This document shows, piece after piece, positions 1-10,454 of a stretch of 64,000 bases of DNA (positions are counted from its first letter, which is position 1; every line of letters begins with the position of its first letter). This DNA is from Schmidtea polychroa (lineage: Eukaryota). The stretch lies in assembly GCA_044892525.1 (NCBI GenBank), contig CM097885.1, positions 32,676,001-32,740,000 of the forward strand, read 5' to 3'. Below the pieces are notes generated by a model. The model did not search any database, had not been told where the DNA came from, and saw only the letters and a program-made list of their open reading frames with translations. The translations under genes were made by a program, and so were the position numbers.

Positions 1-1
1 T

Positions 2-3000
2 CTAAAGAGCGGATACTGGCAAATTAAAGTTAAAGAGGAAGATAGAGAAAAGACAGCCTTTACCATCGGAAAAGATTTATATCAGTTTAAAAAGATGCCA
101 TTCGGATTAACAAATGCACCTGCTTCGTTTCAAAGATGTATGAACTTTGTGACACACGGAATTAAACAATGTATGGTGTATATTGATGATCTGTTAATTT
201 ATTCAGGTACTTTCGAGCAACACTTAATCGATATCAGAAACGTCTTCATAAGACTGAAACAATGGAAGCTGAAATTGAAACCGTCAAAATGCGATTGGGC
301 AAAGGAGAGAGTCACGTTTTTAGGACATATTGTGTCGGCAAAAGGAAAGGAACCAGATCCGAGAAACGTTGAAAAGATAAAAAATTGCCCGATACCAAAG
401 ACTGTGACTCAGGTACAAGAATTTCTGGGATTATGCGGATACTACCGCAAGTTCATCAAAAATTATGCAACTATAGCAAAACCAATTCAGGAACTAACGA
501 AAAAAGACACCCCATTTTTGTGGGAAAGAGAACAGCAAATAGCATTCGAATCGTTAAGAGATAAACTAATAGCCTCACCTATTCTAATACACCCAGATTT
601 TAAAAAGCCTTTTCTACTAGCAACCGATGCCAGTGGATATGCATCAGGAGCTGTGCTAGGACAATGGGATGAGGAGAAACGAGAAAGAGTCATCGGATAT
701 TATAGCAAGACGTTCAAAAAGCACGAAAAGAATTACTCAGTCACAGAAAGAGAAGCCTTAGCAATAATTCAGGCGATAAAACATTTCAAATATTTATTGT
801 GGGGACACGAGATAATTATTACTACAGACCATCAACCTCTAGTTTGGTTGGGCCAACACAAAGAAGCATCTAGTCGATTAATGAGATGGGCAATGCAGTT
901 ACAAGAATATTCCCCATACATCAAATTCAAGTCAGGAAAAGCAAACGCAAATGCAGACTGCATGTCGAGATTTGTATTTGAGGAACTCATGGATCATGAC
1001 GTCAGACGAATATGCCTGATAATCGCGGAAGATATCGATTTTACCAATCTAAAGAACGAACAAAAGGAAGACAATGAATTAAAACTAATAATTGAGTTCC
1101 TGGAAAAAAACGATATGAAAATATTCAACAACGATGATCGACTAAAAGAACACATGGAGAAAAATCGTCACAGATATACGATCGAGAAAGGATGGCTATT
1201 GGTAATGGATGGCGACAAACGATTGATGTGTCTACCAGAAAGTAGACGGAAAGAAATTATGATTCAATACCACGATGGTAAATTGGGCGGACATATGTCA
1301 GCCAAGAAAACAGAAGCAAGGCTCAAACAGAAATATTACTGGCCAAATATGAGCGATGACGTGAAAGAATGGATAAAGAACTGCCTGATATGCGCAACCA
1401 GAAAAACAACGGGCAGTAAACTAAAGCCACCATTGAAACCAATGCCGATACCGCCAGAACCGATGACAATGATTGCAATGGATGTAGTTGGACCACTACC
1501 AGAGACTAACAGTGGAAATGTGTATATATTGGTAATAACTGATTATCTGACTAAGTTCCCTGAAGCATTTGCGATGCCAGACCAAAAAGCACGAACGGTT
1601 GCAAGGATATTAGTGGAAGAGATCTGCTGCAGATATGGAACACCAAAACAAATCTTAACTGACCAAGGAACTAATTTCATGAGCGAGATAATAAATGAAG
1701 TGACAAATTATTTTAGAATCGCCAAATTGAGAACCTCACCATACCACCCGCAAACGAATGGTCAGACAGAAAGATTTAACGGCATACTAATAGACATGAT
1801 GTCCAATTACGTGAGTAAACATCAAAAGGACTGGGATGAATATATTAAGTTGTGTCTAATGGCTTATCGAATGTCAATACACTCAGCAACGAAAATGAGT
1901 CCGTTTAAACTCATGTATGGAAGGGAATGCAACATGCCGATGGATCTCGAATACCAACCGCCAATCTCACAATATATGGAAATAGATGATTATGTGACAA
2001 AGTTCAAAGAGAGAATGCAGGAAATATGGAAAACCGCAGGAATGAACATCCGATTCAACCAGGAAAGTTATAAAGAATTACATGATAAAAAGAAGAACGT
2101 GCAAAACCATCAATTTAAAGTCGGAGATTGGGTTATTATAGAAACACCCGAGTTAATCCCAGGAACAGCAAAGAAATTACAACGTAATGGCAGAGGACCA
2201 TATGAAATCATCTATGTAAACGAGAACAACGCTCGAGTAAAGTTGGTTAACAATCCACTAATTAGACCCATATACGTGAATACATGTCGATGTAAAGCAG
2301 TAGCGAAAACTGCCACTAAAGATCCAGAAACAAGGAAGATAATCACGAGATCACAAACAAATGCCACAACAGAACCAGAAGTAAGCGGTAGATTAACTAG
2401 ATCACAGACAAGACGGATATTCATGTTGAGGAGAGAAACAAGCAGCAGCGCCAATAAAGGAACCGAAACAGAAAGCGAAGCTGACGCAATGGCAAGGAGT
2501 CAAGCGACATGGAATATGACAGTAAAAATAGCACGAGAAATTGTACCAGAATGGGCCAATATAACCAATAAATACCAGGTATTAGGCAAACTAATGATAG
2601 TAGCAGAAAGATATGCAAAAGGACGAAGAAACGCTGAAGGAGTACAAGTACCGACTCAAATGTGTGAACTAGTCCGGAGATTACCAATCATGTTCCTAAC
2701 AAGTGATTTGAGTAATAACTGGCCAATCCATCATGCAGTCAAAGCAGGACAGGAAAAACGAGCATTAGAGATCATACGAATAATGGAAAATTGCAAACAA
2801 TCGACAAACGTTAAAAATAGTAAAGGGAAAACTCCACTGATGAAAGCCATAGCAATAGGCGCGTCAAGAGAAGTACTCAGAGAATTATTGAGAACGGGAT
2901 CCACGTTGAAAGAAAAAGACAATAAACAACGAACCATTTTACGTTACGCCGTCAAGTCAAAAAGACCTAGCATACTAAGCTTTATCACGGGAAATGCAAC

Positions 3001-5179
3001 AACCGAAGAAGCCGAGGTGTTGGGACAGAGCATTGAACCAATTCTGGAAGCCATCAGAGGAAACTTAGACAGAACAGCAGCAATGTTAATCAAATGGAAA
3101 CAAAACGAATTAAGAGCGGAAGTAATTGATATAAATCAATTCCAAAACAACGAAAATATCGTACTAAGAAGCGCCATATACTCAAGACCACCAATGCCAA
3201 AAACCATTAAAGCAATATTACAAAGAAATAGAGCAGAATTGACAGGTAATTGGTGGAAATGCACAAAAGCACATACGATGAAAAAGCAACTAGAAATACT
3301 AGTGTGGGAATGGCACCGAAAACAACGGAAATATCAAGGAACCAAAGAAGAACGAGAAAGTATCCACAACGATAAAAAAGAGATAATTAAAAAATACGAA
3401 GAGATGATCAAAGCGACAAATGTCGAGGACGACATTTTTGGGAAAACCCCGGGTGAGAGGAATGACGACGATGACGACGACGAAAGGATGGGGGATAACG
3501 ATAACAACCCAGAGGAAAACGACAGAGAACAAAATCCGGAGGGCGGAGAAACAACGGATGATGATGAGGAGTTGGAAGAAGACGACGATGACCAATGTCG
3601 AGGTGAAGATCAAGGATTCGACAAAACAGAAAACAAAAAACGAAAGTTCCCACTACATAGCATAATGTTTCGAAATCAAATCCAGCCAATCCTACTACAA
3701 AGAATATTTATAATATTAACATCTATCTGTTTAACGGAAACAAAAAATATGAGAATCGTAAGAGAAGCTTTCCAAGAAGGCGAAGTATTTATGATAAAAG
3801 TCAGCGATTACGACGGAAACGCCGTCGGAATATGTGTTCAACTAATGGAAGGAACAGGAGTAAGTTGTGATTTCAGATCGATAACAAAAGGAAAGATTTT
3901 TAACAGCCAAAAAAGAGACCCCAGGCTATGTGGAGATTATGACATTTGTAAAGACATAACAACAGAGGAAATGGAACTAGAAAGAGCTAATGAAACCGGA
4001 GTACATTTCCAACTTAACATTTTGGAAGAAGGTATCGAAATAGAAGATAAAGGGAGTCGATCAATTACACATGTATGCATCAGAGAAGACAGAGACATAT
4101 GCATAATAACTGATATGACACAAGACCACAAATTCTTCTGGGGAGAGGTCAAACCAAATACCCCTACTGTGGTATGCGCAGGAACACAAGGGATAGTAGT
4201 GTGTAAAGGAACAAGAACTGCACCAAGAAAAGACAAACCAAGGAGTATGGCAATTAAACAAGGTCCATTGACGGAGAAAACAACCAAGAAGCCCAAGAAA
4301 TCAGTTAGTACAAAAACAACAACAGAGCTAAATCGAAGCGAATTAATAACAACAACAACATGGATTAACGAAGTAATTAAAGACGAAAGACGGGAAGTGC
4401 AGATAACTATTAACCTCAACAAGAAAGGTGAAGAGGTAATTACAGTCAAAAACCAGGAAGGAGAACCAATCATAAGGATATGTGTAATGGATAAGACGGG
4501 AATAATCGACTGTACAACAACACCGATAGACAAAGGTACAGACGTTAAAATGGAGACAGGGAAACGGAAAGAACGATACCAAGTATGTATCCTTAAGAAA
4601 GGAAGAGGAACCAGCGTATGTCAACCAATAACTCGACAAAAACCCCAATTAATAAACATACCGTGGATACCCCGAGATCAAGAAGGGGGAGAGAAACGGG
4701 AAAATCACAGTCACCTAACAGAAAAAGAGAAGGAACGATTACATCAAGCATTCAAGAAAATCAAAGCACCAGAAACAAATACCACAGGTAGTACAATATT
4801 AACGACAGAAAAAACAAATAATGGAACAACGATCATCACAAAGATGATATGGATAACTAGCGCGATAGTAAGCACGATAATAGCGTTAGCAATGATTCAG
4901 TGGATAAGAACCACCAAAAGATGTAAACAAAAACCGAGAAACCAAAGAAAATGGCCCAAAGTGGAAAAATTTGAATACGGTATTCCAACAGAGAATCTGA
5001 ATCTAGAGGAATACGAGGTGGTAGAGGATCCCGGATCCAGCGGATTGTGGATGTCGGAGCTACCAAGAATACCCACGCCCAACGAATGGACACACGAAGT
5101 CGATATATACCGACTAACGGACGAAAGATATGGGGGAATGCGCACGCTGCATTCCGGTCCCATGGCGACACTGGTATAA
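2..5179 (+). CDS. pol: Pol polyprotein (5'-partial): RT, RNase H, integrase with GPY/F, then ankyrin repeats, acidic tract, Cys-rich region, TM helix and cytoplasmic tail
   Basis: Frame is open from base 2 (LKSGYWQI...KTAF...MPFGL). YIDD at 179-190; RNase H TDAS/EALAI/TDH; HHCC (HDGKLGGH..CLIC); DDE (MDVVGP, TDQGTNF, QTERFN); RGPY ~2192; ankyrin-like WPIHHAV, GKTPLMKAI, RTILRYAV ~2714-3090; TM MIWITSAIVSTIIALAMIQWI 4844-4906. Confidence 0.95.
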   Translation, partial: LKSGYWQIKVKEEDREKTAFTIGKDLYQFKKMPFGLTNAPASFQRCMNFVTHGIKQCMVYIDDLLIYSGTFEQHLIDIRNVFIRLKQWKLKLKPSKCDWAKERVTFLGHIVSAKGKEPDPRNVEKIKNCPIPKTVTQVQEFLGLCGYYRKFIKNYATIAKPIQELTKKDTPFLWEREQQIAFESLRDKLIASPILIHPDFKKPFLLATDASGYASGAVLGQWDEEKRERVIGYYSKTFKKHEKNYSVTEREALAIIQAIKHFKYLLWGHEIIITTDHQPLVWLGQHKEASSRLMRWAMQLQEYSPYIKFKSGKANANADCMSRFVFEELMDHDVRRICLIIAEDIDFTNLKNEQKEDNELKLIIEFLEKNDMKIFNNDDRLKEHMEKNRHRYTIEKGWLLVMDGDKRLMCLPESRRKEIMIQYHDGKLGGHMSAKKTEARLKQKYYWPNMSDDVKEWIKNCLICATRKTTGSKLKPPLKPMPIPPEPMTMIAMDVVGPLPETNSGNVYILVITDYLTKFPEAFAMPDQKARTVARILVEEICCRYGTPKQILTDQGTNFMSEIINEVTNYFRIAKLRTSPYHPQTNGQTERFNGILIDMMSNYVSKHQKDWDEYIKLCLMAYRMSIHSATKMSPFKLMYGRECNMPMDLEYQPPISQYMEIDDYVTKFKERMQEIWKTAGMNIRFNQESYKELHDKKKNVQNHQFKVGDWVIIETPELIPGTAKKLQRNGRGPYEIIYVNENNARVKLVNNPLIRPIYVNTCRCKAVAKTATKDPETRKIITRSQTNATTEPEVSGRLTRSQTRRIFMLRRETSSSANKGTETESEADAMARSQATWNMTVKIAREIVPEWANITNKYQVLGKLMIVAERYAKGRRNAEGVQVPTQMCELVRRLPIMFLTSDLSNNWPIHHAVKAGQEKRALEIIRIMENCKQSTNVKNSKGKTPLMKAIAIGASREVLRELLRTGSTLKEKDNKQRTILRYAVKSKRPSILSFITGNATTEEAEVLGQSIEPILEAIRGNLDRTAAMLIKWKQNELRAEVIDINQFQNNENIVLRSAIYSRPPMPKTIKAILQRNRAELTGNWWKCTKAHTMKKQLEILVWEWHRKQRKYQGTKEERESIHNDKKEIIKKYEEMIKATNVEDDIFGKTPGERNDDDDDDERMGDNDNNPEENDREQNPEGGETTDDDEELEEDDDDQCRGEDQGFDKTENKKRKFPLHSIMFRNQIQPILLQRIFIILTSICLTETKNMRIVREAFQEGEVFMIKVSDYDGNAVGICVQLMEGTGVSCDFRSITKGKIFNSQKRDPRLCGDYDICKDITTEEMELERANETGVHFQLNILEEGIEIEDKGSRSITHVCIREDRDICIITDMTQDHKFFWGEVKPNTPTVVCAGTQGIVVCKGTRTAPRKDKPRSMAIKQGPLTEKTTKKPKKSVSTKTTTELNRSELITTTTWINEVIKDERREVQITINLNKKGEEVITVKNQEGEPIIRICVMDKTGIIDCTTTPIDKGTDVKMETGKRKERYQVCILKKGRGTSVCQPITRQKPQLINIPWIPRDQEGGEKRENHSHLTEKEKERLHQAFKKIKAPETNTTGSTILTTEKTNNGTTIITKMIWITSAIVSTIIALAMIQWIRTTKRCKQKPRNQRKWPKVEKFEYGIPTENLNLEEYEVVEDPGSSGLWMSELPRIPTPNEWTHEVDIYRLTDERYGGMRTLHSGPMATLV

Positions 5180-5325
5180 CGAGAGGAGGAGTTGTTGTAA
5201 ATAATGTATAAATGAAATGATAAAAGTAGTGATAATAGTAGTAGTATGTACAAATAAAAATAGAAAATTAAAACAATATGTAGAAAATCAAAAACAAGTA
5301 TGATGACCATGTATTATAAATAGGA

Positions 5326-5781
5326 ATGAACCAGAGAAACGAATAGCAAGAACACCCAAATGGGATACCACATGTTGTTGAAGTAAGAGAACAGCCGCTA
5401 ATGAATGTACATCCAGTAGACATGATGGAAATGAACGTGCCAAACCAGCCGAGTCAGCCAACAGGATCCATGTGGAGGGCACAGTGTGAATTAATGACCC
5501 AATTGACAAATCAGACTCAAGAGCACTGGGTACGAAACCAAACGGCGTTGATAGAGAGTATTAATAGAAATGCAATATATATTACAAAAATAGAGGAACA
5601 ACACCAAATAATCGCGTAACTAGAGTATAATAACAATCAGTTAATAAGCCAAATCAGATGGCAAGCGGAAGAAATTAGAAGGTTGCATGAAAATCGACAA
5701 CATGATGATATTACCAGTTTAGTCGAGTGGATGACCGGGTTACCAGGAACAGGGGAACCGGACTCGACGGTAGATGTATAG
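5326..5781 (+). pseudogene. Disrupted cargo ORF, small coiled-coil protein
   Basis: ATG at 5326 follows an AG. The frame runs to TAG 5779-5781 with two in-frame stops (5344, 5617) and includes the listed 5401-5619 ORF; QAEEIRRL resembles motifs in the other coiled-coil ORFs. Confidence 0.6.
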
Positions 5782-5870
5782 GAGAGAAAGGAGTGAAATG
5801 TAAATAATCCTGTAAATAAATAGAGTTATAATCAAGTAGAAATCCCAAGATTAAAAATCATCATTGTAGA

Positions 5871-7294
5871 ATGCAAAACAAAGCAGAGGAAAACCGGAGA
5901 GAAGCAGAGGAACAAAAGATTAACTATGAGTTGATGAGAAAATACCAAGCCGAGCCGGACGAGTTCGAAGAGAGATTATTATGTGCCGATACAGCATGTA
6001 GAAGATTATTAATTGGAGCAAGTCAAACTCGATGCGGGTGTAGATTGTGCCGAGGGTGTGATATAAGATTAGCCAGACTAAAGCGAGAAACTTGTCCAGG
6101 ATGTGGAGAAGCATTTAAGTTGGTTCCCACTGGTACGATACCGGATAGAGCAATGAACCGAGAAATCAGAGAAGTGAAAATAAGATGCACCCAAAGGTCA
6201 TGCGAATGGACAGGCCGAGTAAAGGAGTTAAGAGCCCATACAGACGTATGCGAATATCTAGAATCGGAATGCGAAGCATGCACGGTAAAGTTGTTACGAA
6301 AAGAGAAAACCAAACATAAAGGGGAATGCGAAGCGCGAACGGAAAAATGCGAATTTTGCGGAGAAACTGCTAATTGGAGAGAAATCGAAATGGAACATCG
6401 AAACGCAGTAGAAAGACGGATTTGCGACGAATATACAGGGAAATGCCCAAACGAGTGTGGAGAAATTAACAACGTCAGATTAAATGAACATTGGGAGATA
6501 TGCACGAGAAAAGCAATAAGATGCCCAATGGTGACATTCGACTGTAGAGCACAATTACCAGCAGAAGAAATGAAGAAGCATGTGGAGGAGAATACATTCG
6601 AGCACATGCAAAAGATGATGAGAGCAATAGAGTTAACAGCAAGAGCAATTGAAGACGTCAAAGACGAACTCAAATCACATAAAATCATGATAAAAGAAAT
6701 GCTGAGCTCACAGGAAAGCTTCGAAAATACGAGAGAAGCCGTAACACAAAGGATGTTGAAATTAGACGACAAATTAGTCGAAGTAACTAAATTACAAACC
6801 AAATGGACTACAAAGGAACTGACAACAGAGGAACTACCAATACTACCATACATGTGGAAAATCCAAGGAATAACGGAAATAATGGAGCAAGCAAAGCAAG
6901 GAATCCAGACAACGATAGTGAGCAAACCATTCTACGCCAAGAAACATGGATACAAGATGAAATTGAGATGGTTTCCAAATGGTGAAGGAAAGTTTAAAGA
7001 TCGGTGCATGTCCATATATATGCAAATTTGTAAAGGAGATTTTGACGACCTAATAGCATGGCCATTCCGACATAGATTAAAAATATCTCTCTTAGGAGCA
7101 AAAAAGACACATATAATGTGTTTTCGAGCATCCAGTCCAGCAGGGAATAAACCGATTACAGAGGTTAATCCTGCGGTAGGAGTAGCAGAGTTTATGCAGC
7201 TATACAATTTAATGAAGGGTCCTACATAGAAAAGGACACTATATTCTTCCTAATCGAACTAGATGAGGAAGGACCAACAATAGAAATACGATAG
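5871..7294 (+). CDS. TRAF-family protein (RING, TRAF zinc fingers, coiled coil, MATH); frameshift near 7220
   Basis: RING-like CADTAC..CGCRLCRGC..CPGC; CEWTG..H..VC zinc fingers; MATH SKPFY..GYKMKLRWFPNG..SIYMQICKGDFDDLIAWPF. The last MATH strand SYIEKDTIFFLIE is in a shifted frame (7220-7294). Confidence 0.92.
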
Positions 7295-7434
7295 ACGGAT
7301 AGAAGGGAACTGTAAATATTTTGTAAAAACGATGTAAAGTAAATATAAAGTTATTGTATACAGTAAAGTAACTTGCCAAAACCATAAAAATTAGAAAAAG
7401 AAAATGTAAAAAGAAATGATGAAATTTATTATAG

Positions 7435-8613
7435 ATGATTAATCAAGAGAGACCGAATATCCGAAAGAAAACGATCACAATGAGAGAGGAAGAGGACAAT
7501 ATGTCACCTAGAGAAAGAGTGAAGGATGCGGAAGTCAGCAAAACAAAACCAAGTAGTTACGCATATTATCGAAGAATGGGAAACGATTATAATTGGGTAC
7601 ACGAAAATTTGAAACTGGGAGATAATGAACAATTCAGATGTGAGAACCAGAGATATCTGTCATTTGAAGATCAGACCATTTTCACCAAGGAACAGAGCCG
7701 AGCGCTAGCACGCGACGGATTTTTCTTCTCCGGAAAACCAGAGATACCCGATCAAGTAACGTGTCGTTTCTGTAAAGGGAAATTAGCAGAATGGAAAAAA
7801 GGAGAACACCCAAAGGAGGAACATCGTAGACGATTCCCAACTTGTCTATTCGTACTGGGATTTGATGTACACAACAAACCGGAAATCAAATACGAAGCCT
7901 TGGAGAAATTGAAAACTGAAGACGAAAAAGGAGGGAAAATGAGCATCGCGATAACCAGAATCGTTGATGAGTATGTTCCAACTTGTGAAGGGGAATTCCT
8001 CACGCAAATAGCAGATAATAGAATGAAAACGTTCGGAGATGATACGAGAGGACCTGAATTAGCAATAAGAGGGTTCTACCTAACAGAAAATCAAATACTA
8101 AAGTGTGAAAGATGCGAAAGCCAACAGAGATTACCGGAAGAAGGCATACCAGAAATTAGACATCAAGCATGGTGCCTATATCACAACGAACAAGAAACCG
8201 AATATCCGGAAGTACTAGTAACAGAGGAAGAGGTTGACGAAGTGGTAGACAAACCCAACATGTGCAGAGCGTTGAAAGCAGCCGGAATAGGCACGACAAG
8301 GGCAAAGAACATGATTAGAGAGAGACTACAGAAAAATGTACATATACCAACAACAACGTACGATATGATCAGAGCGATAACCCAGTATAGAGAAAAACCT
8401 GAAACAAAAATAAAAGAAGAATCAATAGTCAAAACAGCTATCTTACGAGATATCAAATGTACTATGTGTTGGGAGAGGAGTGTAGAAGTTATTCATATGC
8501 CATGCGGACATTTGATCGCATGTGCCACGTGTAGTAGGAAAATAAAAGAATGTCCAATGTGTAGACAGAGGATTGCGCAGCGAATCAAAGGATTTCGCTA
8601 CGCCGATCAATAA
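7435..8613 (+). CDS. Inhibitor of apoptosis (IAP): BIR, degenerate second BIR, UBA-like region, C-terminal RING
   Basis: BIR1 RYLSF..LARDGFFF..DQVTCRFC..W..H....C; BIR2 RMKTF..LAIRGFY..CERC..H...C; RING CTMC..PCGHLIACATC..CPMCR. Confidence 0.95.
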   Translation: MINQERPNIRKKTITMREEEDNMSPRERVKDAEVSKTKPSSYAYYRRMGNDYNWVHENLKLGDNEQFRCENQRYLSFEDQTIFTKEQSRALARDGFFFSGKPEIPDQVTCRFCKGKLAEWKKGEHPKEEHRRRFPTCLFVLGFDVHNKPEIKYEALEKLKTEDEKGGKMSIAITRIVDEYVPTCEGEFLTQIADNRMKTFGDDTRGPELAIRGFYLTENQILKCERCESQQRLPEEGIPEIRHQAWCLYHNEQETEYPEVLVTEEEVDEVVDKPNMCRALKAAGIGTTRAKNMIRERLQKNVHIPTTTYDMIRAITQYREKPETKIKEESIVKTAILRDIKCTMCWERSVEVIHMPCGHLIACATCSRKIKECPMCRQRIAQRIKGFRYADQ

Positions 8614-8696
8614 CGAAAAATAAAAATTTCGTGTATAAAGTGTAGATAATAAATGTATGAAATAATAGTAGTAGTAATAGTGTAATTATTTAGACA

Positions 8697-10295
8697 ATGA
8701 ATAAAGAATCACAAACCTATGTGGAAACCGAGATGCAACAACTCGAACAGTACAAATCCATCATACAAACATACGAAGCAGAAAGAGTAAAGAGAGAAAT
8801 AGAAATGTACAAAACCATGTATGAGAAAAAGCAACAAGAGTTAGAAGTGGAGAAGGCGGAAACACTAGCAGCAAAAGAGAAGTGGATGAAACAGGTAGAG
8901 GAATTAACCGAAGATGTGAGAAATACATCAACATACCAAGAATTGGAGGAGGAGCTCTCGAACTTACGAACTCAGCGGATTATGGAGATAGTTGGGTTAT
9001 GCGGAGAGATAATAATGCAGAAGACACAAATTAGAGAAGCAAAGGAGCAATACGAGGAAGAACAGCGTAAAACGGAACGAATAAAACTACAAGCGCAACA
9101 ATGGAAACGAAAATACGAAACCCTCCAAACGAGGCAGAATGATAGTCACGAACATCAAATACGAGGGTATAAAGTAGAACTAGAAGAAGCAAAGAATCAA
9201 TGTGCAATGATGAAAGAAAAATGGGAAAGATGCAAAAGGACCCTAAGCGAAGTCAGGGGACAAGGGAGGAGAACACCACGTAAAGAACCAATCGTTAAAG
9301 ATAACGTATTAGAGCGAATTAACGCACAAATAAAGATACAAGCTCAGAAATGGAAGTATAAATATCTAGGAAGTCAAACCCAAGTGCTCTATTGGAAAAT
9401 CAGTAGCAAGGAACAACTGCGATTACGAAAAGCAGACCAAGAATTTTACGAAATAAGGGCTACACAGCGAGAAGAAGAGGAAGTAGAGTGGAGAAAACGA
9501 CAGCAGAAATTTGAGGAAACCGAAGAGTGTCTCAAGCATCAAGCCCGAAAATGGAAAAAGAATTGGAAAGAGACCAAAGAGGAGTTAAGACAGTTACCAA
9601 TGAAACTGATGGAAAGAGACGAATTTAAAATGTGGGAAACGATAGAAAACCAAAAAGATGAGATCAGCCGATTGAGTAGAGAACATAGAATCAAGACGCG
9701 GACCAGCGACGGTAGACGGAGAGTCATAAAGAAACAGACTCGAGAAATAAGAAGGTATGAATACCAGGAAAAGAGATGGGAACAACAATTGACAGACCAA
9801 GATCGACAGATCCGACAATTACAAACAGAGGTAGAGGAAGCTAATCAAGAGATGAACGGATATAAAGGTATGTACACCCAAAGGGATGTGAATTGGAAGC
9901 ATCAGATTGCGCTTAATGCGAAATGTAGAGAGGAGTGCGATAAGGCAATTCAACAAGCCAAACAGGAAACCGAGATAATAAAACGATGCTTCGAAGAAAA
10001 TGAAGCGAATCTGAGAGCAGAAATCGAGAAGTTGAAAATGCTTGAAAAAACCCAACGATTGGAAGAGGAATTGGATGAGATGATAGAAAACGAAAGTAGA
10101 TTAACGTTTCTGTTGGATGAAGAAATAAACATCGCAACGGAATTGCGGGAGGAAGTAGAGCGGTTAAGAAGACAACCACCAATACTATTAATGCCACTCT
10201 ACCCGTTCCCATTACAAGTGCCACAGCCTGCCGAAGTTACAGCAGATGAAGGCTTCGAAGAAAATAACGAACAAAATAACGCAACATGGATTTAG
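8697..10295 (+). CDS. Long coiled-coil protein of unknown function (cargo)
   Basis: 532-aa intact ORF, E/K/Q/R-rich heptads, internal repeats QAQQWKRKY / QAQKWKYKY / QARKWKKNW, Pro-rich tail. Confidence 0.85.
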   Translation: MNKESQTYVETEMQQLEQYKSIIQTYEAERVKREIEMYKTMYEKKQQELEVEKAETLAAKEKWMKQVEELTEDVRNTSTYQELEEELSNLRTQRIMEIVGLCGEIIMQKTQIREAKEQYEEEQRKTERIKLQAQQWKRKYETLQTRQNDSHEHQIRGYKVELEEAKNQCAMMKEKWERCKRTLSEVRGQGRRTPRKEPIVKDNVLERINAQIKIQAQKWKYKYLGSQTQVLYWKISSKEQLRLRKADQEFYEIRATQREEEEVEWRKRQQKFEETEECLKHQARKWKKNWKETKEELRQLPMKLMERDEFKMWETIENQKDEISRLSREHRIKTRTSDGRRRVIKKQTREIRRYEYQEKRWEQQLTDQDRQIRQLQTEVEEANQEMNGYKGMYTQRDVNWKHQIALNAKCREECDKAIQQAKQETEIIKRCFEENEANLRAEIEKLKMLEKTQRLEEELDEMIENESRLTFLLDEEINIATELREEVERLRRQPPILLMPLYPFPLQVPQPAEVTADEGFEENNEQNNATWI

Positions 10296-10325
10296 TCGGA
10301 GAGAGGTTGCCTGTAAATAAGAATG

Positions 10326-10355
<30 letters not shown>
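10326..10355 (+). repeat. A30 homopolymer in a cargo spacer
   Basis: 30 consecutive A, shortly after TGTAAATAAG. Confidence 0.95.
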
Positions 10356-10360
<5 letters not shown>

Positions 10361-10454
10361 AAGCCAAAACCAAATAAAAATTACAAATTACAAAACCAAA
10401 AATTCAAAATAAAAGGGAGACGAAAGGAAAAATGATGTGTATATTTTTGTAGAT

